Translations under genes and position numbers: made by a program | Notes under the pieces: model-generated | The model's input: the letters and a program-made list of their open reading frames with translations, nothing else | Told to the model about the DNA's origin: nothing | Database searches by the model: none | Shown here: in pieces, positions 58,257-64,000 of the stretch | Layout of the letters: the number at the start of each line of letters is the position of its first letter | How positions within the stretch are numbered: the stretch's first letter is position 1 | IMG/VR virus record: IMGVR_UViG_3300027798_003516 | Span: 31,958 to 95,957 of that record | From: a virus | DNA length: 64,000 nucleotides | Strand: one strand, 5' to 3'

Positions 58257-58496
58257 TTAATAAGCCTCCTGTTGTATCATCATATGCTTGCCTATTTCAA
58301 ACAGGCCTATGCCTGTTGGCAAGTCTATTACCTTGGCATGTATTTGACATTCACCATCATCACAGATACTTACCGCTACAAATTCTAAAATGTTGCCATC
58401 TTCAATTTGAGTACGCATCTCATCTAGCACTTCTAGCAAGTCATTTTTAATCTTTTGTTTTTCTTTTTCTTTTGGATCAATGCTTACTACTTTCAT
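58257..58496 (-). CDS. Hypothetical protein
   Basis: SD AGGAG. Confidence 0.6.
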   Translation of the reverse strand: MKVVSIDPKEKEKQKIKNDLLEVLDEMRTQIEDGNILEFVAVSICDDGECQIHAKVIDLPTGIGLFEIGKHMMIQQEAY

Positions 58497-58505
58497 TTCT
58501 TTCTC

Positions 58506-58709
58506 CTAATTGCTCAATTGCATGACCATGTATTCTTCTGCTGTGACATGTGCCACAGGGTTAATCCAGCCGTGGCTGATGCATTCCTGAATCAAACTAA
58601 TATAATTTTTTGGGCATCTGTTACTGATCTCAATGCCTGCACGATTGGCAACTATAAATCCATCATTGATGACAAAGTGTGGATCTTTGGGCGTGATAGC
58701 TTTAATCAT
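58506..58709 (-). CDS. Hypothetical protein
   Basis: Gene run. Confidence 0.55.
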   Translation of the reverse strand: MIKAITPKDPHFVINDGFIVANRAGIEISNRCPKNYISLIQECISHGWINPVAHVTAEEYMVMQLSN

Positions 58710-58765
58710 CTTCTAGCTCTGCTTTGGTTGGCGGCATTCCATATCCTGGAAACTTGCAGTCAAAT

Positions 58766-60085
58766 TCAAATTTTCTCGCCAACTTCGAATCCGCGGAATC
58801 GTAGGAATCGAGGAAAGCGGAGGGAGAAAGTCCCATCTTGGTTCTGTGTGATAGCATCTGCTCGCACTTCGATATATTGTCCAAGAATTTTACTCCGTGA
58901 ACCCCAAAAGCTATCGCGATCAACATCAGTAAAACCAGACCCAACATTAGTTTGGATTTTCTTTCCATCGTCGGTGCCTTCACAGACAACCGCTCCAAGC
59001 CTGCCAATGTTTTTTCCTGTGCCTTCTTCAACATCTTTTACCTCCAAGCTTACTTCAATGAAGGGTTTGAGTTTGAGCCAAGATACGCTTCGCTTACACT
59101 CATAAGGAGCATTCGGATCCTTAATCATGATACCTTCATAACCGCCAGCTATTGCATTCTTGTTTATCTCTTTAAAACGCTTCTGTCCTGCCGGAGTGTC
59201 AAGGTCAACCAACTCTTGTCCTAGAGCACGAACACTGGTCAATGTATCCTTGTGTGCTTCTACAAATTTTGTAATGTGTTCTGAACGGAAAGTTTGGTTA
59301 GCATTCCACCGGCCTGCTTTAAAGTGTACCAACGGTACACAATCAAACAAATTCAACACAGCATCTTCTGCATTTACATCACTCTTACGATGCACCTGCT
59401 TCATCAAGTCTTGAAAACTACTTGACATTATCTCGCCGTCGAACACCCAGGGCTCCAGCAAGCCAGTCGCTATTTGCTCGAATTGGCTTTTGATGTGACC
59501 AAAGTTCACCAATTCCTTGCCATTGCGGCTGTACTGGTTTACTCGACCATCCGGGTACACGATTGTCAATACTCGAACCCCATCTAACTTGACTTCGATC
59601 AGGCGTTGTCCGCATACTTTGCTTTCGTGGTTGGCACTATCATGTGCAAGCTGACATTCAAACACAGGTATCATGTAAGCAGGTTTGATTTTCTTGACCA
59701 CTTTGTTCACTGTGTTCTCACCAAACCCGGCTCGCAGGTCCTTGGTAAGGATACGCATGTACCAATCGTTCCATTCAGTTTGTTTTGCAGTCTTAAGGCA
59801 AAGCTCAATTGCATCACGAGCCGCATCTCCAGTGAGCTGACGACTGGCAAGACTGTCTGCCAATGTTTTGAATGCCGCCCATGGCAGACCTTGTCCATCT
59901 GGGCCGCCGTGTTTGGGTACTTTCTTGACACCAAATGTGATCATTGGGTCCAGTGCAAGACGCACACCAGCAAAGAACTCGTCGTTGCCTGCTTGGGCTT
60001 CGGCTTCAATAATGCCTTCTTTATTCAAGCGGCTAGGATGTGTTTCCAGTGCATGGATAATAAAAGTGTTAACTGTAGTCGACAT
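58766..60085 (-). CDS. ATP-dependent DNA ligase
   Basis: EVKLDGVR, SRNGK, FDGEI, EGIMIK, WLKLKP, SLRFPRF. Confidence 0.95.
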   Translation of the reverse strand: MSTTVNTFIIHALETHPSRLNKEGIIEAEAQAGNDEFFAGVRLALDPMITFGVKKVPKHGGPDGQGLPWAAFKTLADSLASRQLTGDAARDAIELCLKTAKQTEWNDWYMRILTKDLRAGFGENTVNKVVKKIKPAYMIPVFECQLAHDSANHESKVCGQRLIEVKLDGVRVLTIVYPDGRVNQYSRNGKELVNFGHIKSQFEQIATGLLEPWVFDGEIMSSSFQDLMKQVHRKSDVNAEDAVLNLFDCVPLVHFKAGRWNANQTFRSEHITKFVEAHKDTLTSVRALGQELVDLDTPAGQKRFKEINKNAIAGGYEGIMIKDPNAPYECKRSVSWLKLKPFIEVSLEVKDVEEGTGKNIGRLGAVVCEGTDDGKKIQTNVGSGFTDVDRDSFWGSRSKILGQYIEVRADAITQNQDGTFSLRFPRFLRFRGFEVGEKI

Positions 60086-60106
60086 GTGCATCCTTTAAAA
60101 TATGTA

Positions 60107-60134
60107 GGGGGCATTGGCCCGCCCCCAAAGGGCC
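60107..60134 (-). promoter_or_regulatory. Candidate H-type pseudoknot in the ligase leader
   Basis: GGCCC-UUU-GGGGGC-GGGCC-AAU-GCCCCC. Confidence 0.4.
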
Positions 60135-60143
60135 CAAAGTCTA

Positions 60144-60434
60144 TTAGGCGGCTTTGGAAACAGGGCCTGTCTTGATGAGGTCAGAAACCTTGCGCTTGGT
60201 ACGCTTGGCCAATTCCTCAGCAACGGCAACTCCTGCGGTGCCGTGGATGTTCTTGCTGTGCAAGAATTCCAGTGCTTCAATTTTAGTTGCTGGCTTGGCC
60301 AACTCGTAAAGTTGAATGTCAGTATGACCAGTCTTGACCAAGGTCTTGATCCGTGTCATGTCTGTTGCAAAGCGAGCCTTAACTTTGCCATCTTTGGTTG
60401 AATAACCGGCTACTGTAAAAAGTTTTTCACTCAT
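60144..60434 (-). CDS. Basic hypothetical phage protein
   Basis: TTGACT-N17-CATAAT (60536-60508); SD AGGAG. Confidence 0.7.
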   Translation of the reverse strand: MSEKLFTVAGYSTKDGKVKARFATDMTRIKTLVKTGHTDIQLYELAKPATKIEALEFLHSKNIHGTAGVAVAEELAKRTKRKVSDLIKTGPVSKAA

Positions 60435-60541
60435 AATAACTCCTGTCTGTGAGTGTGTGAACAAGAATCGCTTGTCCGACGCATATGAACTTTGTGTCCA
60501 TATTCTTATTATGCACGAAATGGCTTGGGAAGTCAACCATT

Positions 60542-60814
60542 TTATGCAAATTTAACCTGACCCAGTTTGGCCAAAAGCAACTGGCCCTGAAAGTCATCTG
60601 GCAGTACTGATGCAGTAGATCCATCACCAATGTATCGATACCCCTTGTCGCGCTTGGACCGCTCAACCTTGGTAACTTCATAAGCCGAATGATATACTTT
60701 GAATGCCATGGTACCGCGACTCCTGCCCCAAAAACTTATAGCACCATCATCAGTTTTGGTCCAGCCCCAGATCTTGTCTGAGGTACCTTCTTTAAAATGG
60801 TATAGCGAAATCAT
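60542..60814 (-). CDS. WGR-domain-like protein
   Basis: EGTSDKIW...FWGR...K..KGY. Confidence 0.65.
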   Translation of the reverse strand: MISLYHFKEGTSDKIWGWTKTDDGAISFWGRSRGTMAFKVYHSAYEVTKVERSKRDKGYRYIGDGSTASVLPDDFQGQLLLAKLGQVKFA

Positions 60815-60976
60815 TGTTGCACCGGTGTCAGTAATGTTTGGTCATAAATTTCAAGCAGGTCCACATCGCTGATGCTGGCAAGGTCCTGTTCATTGACTTG
60901 AAATTTTTGCATCAATTCTTCTTCGTCGAATGCAAACAGAATATATTCTGACATGAGTTCACGCAATGACAGCATT

Positions 60977-61357
60977 TCATTTCCCCAATGTAGTTAGAGC
61001 TAAAATATGTGCAAGTGCGGTTGGCAAGTCTTCGTCTGGTGTAATGATATGCAACGAAGTAAGATTGCGATCTTTGACACGATCATAATGACGAACTTGT
61101 ACAATGCGACCGCCTGCGGCATTGACCACTTCAAAGCGAATGGAGTTTTCATCCTGCACAAAATTAGGCGCATCGTCTATGCCAACCACCATGTCTGGGC
61201 TGTCGTTTTCTTCAAACAACCAGTTTCTAAATCTTTGTCTAAATGAAATTCGCATTTTAGTTGGATTCCTGATCTTGGTTAAGTTTGAAGTTGTTTGAAC
61301 TAGCCCTCGACCATTCGCCATATTCCTTTTCGAAGCATATCCACCGCTCATAATCAA
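60977..61357 (-). CDS. Hypothetical protein (start uncertain)
   Basis: Gene run. Confidence 0.55.
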   Translation of the reverse strand: MIMSGGYASKRNMANGRGLVQTTSNLTKIRNPTKMRISFRQRFRNWLFEENDSPDMVVGIDDAPNFVQDENSIRFEVVNAAGGRIVQVRHYDRVKDRNLTSLHIITPDEDLPTALAHILALTTLGK

Positions 61358-61581
61358 TCCTTACATCTACTGAATAATGTGTTAAATTAGATCCTACCAA
61401 ACGAATCAACTGTTGATTCATTTTGGTCACGGCATACAATGCTGGAAATTCCAGTTGATAAGACATCAGTTGTTTTTAACTAAAAAGAAAATTCCAACTG
61501 CAACCAGTGCCGCCCAAAAAATTGTATCCATCCATAACCATATGCTGTTATTATACAACCAAATTTTAATTTTGTCAATCA

Positions 61582-61908
61582 TTATGCTGTCTCCAGTTCT
61601 TTAACATGTTTGCAAGCACCACGGAATGTGAATCCAGGGCAGGTGCAAGAGTTTGCCTCAGGATCAATTTCGTAAACTGCACCCTTACTACCCTGCACCT
61701 TTATTGTGGTTGAGGTAACTTCAGCATTGAATGGGTTGGGTTTAATTTCTACAAACTTGCGACCACGCTTGTCAAATCCTTTGATGGGATTCTTAAAGTA
61801 AAATGGAACTGTATCACCTGTCTTGATGTAGGCAACCAAGTTGTTGCTGTCCAACAAGTAGATGTGGGCTGGAAACAACCCGCCAGTGGTTTCTTTAAAG
61901 GCTTGCAT
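61582..61908 (-). CDS. SWIM zinc-finger protein
   Basis: VQGSKG..Y...SCTCPGFTFRGACKH. Confidence 0.8.
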   Translation of the reverse strand: MQAFKETTGGLFPAHIYLLDSNNLVAYIKTGDTVPFYFKNPIKGFDKRGRKFVEIKPNPFNAEVTSTTIKVQGSKGAVYEIDPEANSCTCPGFTFRGACKHVKELETA

Positions 61909-62282
61909 TATTTGGTCTGGATGTAAGGCTTGTCCCATGCGCCAACTTGAAGGTGCATGTAGTAAGCGGTGTGGAAGTAATCAGTCTGTGCGTCTGATTC
62001 ATCAAACCAACGACGGCCACCGGGTATGGTGCTGGGTGCAATTTTGATAATGCGAATGATCTGTTCAAAGAAAGATTTGTGTTCGCCGTAATTGCCCAAA
62101 TGGTAGTGATTGATCTGACCGTGATTTTGTAACACATCACTGAAGTCAGCAGGGCCAGCTTTGATGGTAACATCAACTGACAAACTGCCAGAACCTTTAC
62201 GCACACCAAATTTGAATTTTGGAAATTGTGCTTTAAGTTCATCGCGGATTGCTTTAACTTCGTTTGCGCCAATGTATGCCAT
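61908..62282 (-). CDS. Early protein, LPD (polyvalent-protein-associated)-like
   Basis: AIR.ELK..FP..KF.VR...DESDAQTDYF. Confidence 0.55.
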   Translation of the reverse strand: MAYIGANEVKAIRDELKAQFPKFKFGVRKGSGSLSVDVTIKAGPADFSDVLQNHGQINHYHLGNYGEHKSFFEQIIRIIKIAPSTIPGGRRWFDESDAQTDYFHTAYYMHLQVGAWDKPYIQTK

Positions 62283-62315
62283 TTAGAACTCCTGTTTGTT
62301 GCTGTCTATGTATGT

Positions 62316-62388
62316 ATTATACCGGATTCTGCCTGTTTGGTCAACCGTTTTTTGGTTTATTTTGAGTCTGTTTTTGTTGTATTTTTAC
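62316..62388 (-). promoter_or_regulatory. Early promoter cassette with broken palindrome
   Basis: TTGACC-N17-TATAAT (62344-62316); TGTTGTATTTTTAC (62375-62388). Confidence 0.75.
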
Positions 62389-62610
62389 CTCATCTGCTGG
62401 GTGCATGGCGCCTGGTGCTCGATTGGTATAAAATTCATTGTCTGGGATGGCAATGACCATTACTTCGTCCATGGTATTGCAGTATGGATCAGTTGGGTTG
62501 GCATACTTGACAATGGCGCAGGCAGTTTGGTCGCCCTGTTCAAGACGTTCTAACTTACTCAGCAAAGTAAGTAGATTGCGTTTGGACAGGTAAATTTTAT
62601 TTTGTTTCAC
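62341..62610 (-). CDS. Hypothetical protein whose 3' end reads through the promoter cassette
   Basis: GTG start after SD GAGG. Confidence 0.5.
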   Translation of the reverse strand: MKQNKIYLSKRNLLTLLSKLERLEQGDQTACAIVKYANPTDPYCNTMDEVMVIAIPDNEFYTNRAPGAMHPADEVKIQQKQTQNKPKNG

Positions 62611-62734
62611 GATTTAACCTCTGGTCAAGTCAGGCATGAAACATAGTAGCACAACAAATGCCACAAAGGCCACGCAGGTAATTATTTCATTAATCTTTTG
62701 TTCACGATCAAGTTGATTCCACATATTATTTTCC

Positions 62735-63040
62735 TTAGTCCCAATTTTTCTTGTCGCCACTGTCTTCGTTGTAGGAGTAGCCGGCACCATAGTCTAGTTG
62801 TTCCTGCAGACTCATTTCGTTGCGTTCGATGCGTGGACCGCTGGTGCCACCTACTCCACCCTTGTGTGGGTTTCGTTGACGACTGTAGTAACTGTCTGAC
62901 ATGCCGCGATCAAATGGATCGCCATGTTCAACTTCGTATGTGCGACCGTTGAACTCTGCCTTGTAACCTGTAATCATACTGTCTCCTTGACTTGAAAGTA
63001 GCGATATGGGAGGCCGTTGCAGAAGCAAAAATATTCCCAA
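62735..63040 (-). CDS. Hypothetical phage protein (true start probably MITGY)
   Basis: HGDPFDRG..DSYY.R. Confidence 0.65.
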   Translation of the reverse strand: MGIFLLLQRPPISLLSSQGDSMITGYKAEFNGRTYEVEHGDPFDRGMSDSYYSRQRNPHKGGVGGTSGPRIERNEMSLQEQLDYGAGYSYNEDSGDKKNWD

Positions 63041-63357
63041 TCACCATTGGCATCGCTGGCTTCCATGATCCAACGAAGTGCAACTTCGCGGGTACCAGCA
63101 CCCATACAAATGGTGTTGGTCACATGCTGTTCAAACTTGGTAACAGCTTCAGCTTCGGAGGCCTTGCGAGCGATTTCTTCGCGGTCAATTGCTTCGCCAA
63201 GAACTTTGAACTCAGCTTCAAAATCAGCTTCAGTCCAAGCGGATGTATCGATGCCACGGGGGCGAACGCCATATGCATCCTTGTGCATATCCCAATACTG
63301 ACAAGCATACTGCTCTACAGTAGTCATCTCTTCCCAGCTTTTAAATTCGTTGCTCAT
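62974..63357 (-). CDS. Hypothetical early phage protein
   Basis: DMHKDAYGVRPR; promoter plus SD. Confidence 0.75.
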   Translation of the reverse strand: MSNEFKSWEEMTTVEQYACQYWDMHKDAYGVRPRGIDTSAWTEADFEAEFKVLGEAIDREEIARKASEAEAVTKFEQHVTNTICMGAGTREVALRWIMEASDANGDWEYFCFCNGLPYRYFQVKETV

Positions 63358-63387
63358 CTTGCTCTCCTTGTTCCTTACTATGTTCAT

Positions 63388-63454
63388 AGTATAAGCGATT
63401 TAGGCCCAACTGTCAACCGTTTTCTGAGTCTATTTTTGTTGTATTTTTACAACA
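63388..63454 (-). promoter_or_regulatory. Early promoter cassette with perfect-arm palindrome
   Basis: TTGACA-N17-TATACT (63416-63388); TGTTGTA-TTTT-TACAACA (63437-63454). Confidence 0.8.
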
Positions 63455-63677
63455 ACTTTAGTAACCCTACAATCCCAATGGCTATTGACACAAAATTGAC
63501 TGCCATTTGTGGCCGATTTCCTGCACGAATGGCCCAGGTTAAAAATGCCACTGTGCCCACGGCAAAGACCACAATATTGTAAGGATACATGGAAGGGCCG
63601 ATGGCATTCAATGTGTGACCGGCAATGATTAATACTGCGCCGGCCCACTGTAGCACTTCGTCAAAATCAAACTTCAT
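63447..63677 (-). CDS. Small membrane protein
   Basis: Three TM segments, YPYNI. Confidence 0.65.
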   Translation of the reverse strand: MKFDFDEVLQWAGAVLIIAGHTLNAIGPSMYPYNIVVFAVGTVAFLTWAIRAGNRPQMAVNFVSIAIGIVGLLKLL

Positions 63678-63934
63678 TATGCAAATTCGTAAAATTTAAC
63701 AGAAGGGTCCAACTTTTGCAATTCCTTGGCCGCCGCTGTCAATTCCTTGTAGCGTTTCTGCACAAGACTACGGGGCAATTCACCATCACAAGATAAATTC
63801 TCAGGACTCAAATCGCTATCAATTGAATCAGCAATCTTTTGACGGTCAGTGGCATTGTTCAGGGTAAGTTCTTTGGCACCAAAGATTGTACCATAAGCGT
63901 TTTTACGGACCAAGTATGTGTTTAATGCTGACAT
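63677..63934 (-). CDS. Hypothetical early phage protein
   Basis: LSPENLSCDGEL; promoter plus SD. Confidence 0.75.
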   Translation of the reverse strand: MSALNTYLVRKNAYGTIFGAKELTLNNATDRQKIADSIDSDLSPENLSCDGELPRSLVQKRYKELTAAAKELQKLDPSVKFYEFA

Positions 63935-63964
63935 GGTTAACTCCTTTTTGCTGTTTAAGTGTTT

Positions 63965-63999
63965 ATTATACTGCACTTTGAGCCTGTGGTCAACCGTTT
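63965..63999 (-). promoter_or_regulatory. Early promoter cassette
   Basis: AAACGG-TTGACC-N17-TATAAT. Confidence 0.8.
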
Positions 64000-64000
64000 T

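Noticed and set aside
60107-60146. Pseudoknot as a stop-readthrough signal for 60144..60434
   Set aside because: The gene ends in tandem TAA TAG, which argues against readthrough.
30020-63582. Long plus-strand ORFs such as 30020..30610, 31234..31854, 53612..54148, 58455..59105 and 62992..63582
   Set aside because: Antisense shadows of well-supported minus-strand genes, with no motifs or RBS.
1-64000. CRISPR array, tRNA or rRNA genes, integrase, transposase, reverse transcriptase or DGR
   Set aside because: No regularly spaced repeats, cloverleafs or catalytic motifs seen by eye. tRNAscan-SE and minced would confirm.
1-64000. Stop-codon reassignment
   Set aside because: Long conserved genes (IscS, ClpX, ligase, rSAMs) are intact in the standard code and coding density is high.

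Overview
The window looks like part of a large lytic dsDNA phage genome (jumbo or T4-like). Genes are densely packed, mostly on the minus strand, in the standard genetic code. I saw no tRNA, rRNA, CRISPR array or integrase. IscS, ErpA and Tim44 look betaproteobacterial (Burkholderiales-like), which hints at the host. Recognisable genes: GroES, a mini DnaE fragment, ErpA, IscS, a Tim44-domain protein, a class II aldolase, QueD, a DEDD exonuclease, dCMP deaminase, HNH and non-specific nucleases, ClpS, Hsp20, bS21, ClpX, a SleB-like cell wall hydrolase, peroxiredoxin, BI-1/YccA and an ATP-dependent DNA ligase. The main feature is a large set of iron-dependent tailoring enzymes: 11 radical SAM/SPASM-twitch proteins (nine in one unbroken array at 43737-55628), six HxD...H 2OG-Fe(II)-type oxygenases, a TauD, a Rieske oxygenase and two SGGxDS ATP pyrophosphatases, alongside phage-borne Fe-S assembly genes. 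Many of these dispersed genes have a T4-late-promoter-like octamer (NATAANTA) 4-6 nt, mostly 5 nt, before the ATG. This suggests one late, leaderless regulon modifying an unknown substrate. Other signals: a preQ1-I-like RNA before queD, a ROSE-like leader before hsp20, an all-GC pseudoknot before the ligase, and repeated sigma70 promoter cassettes carrying an 18-bp palindrome. All calls come from reading motifs by eye; no database searches were run.
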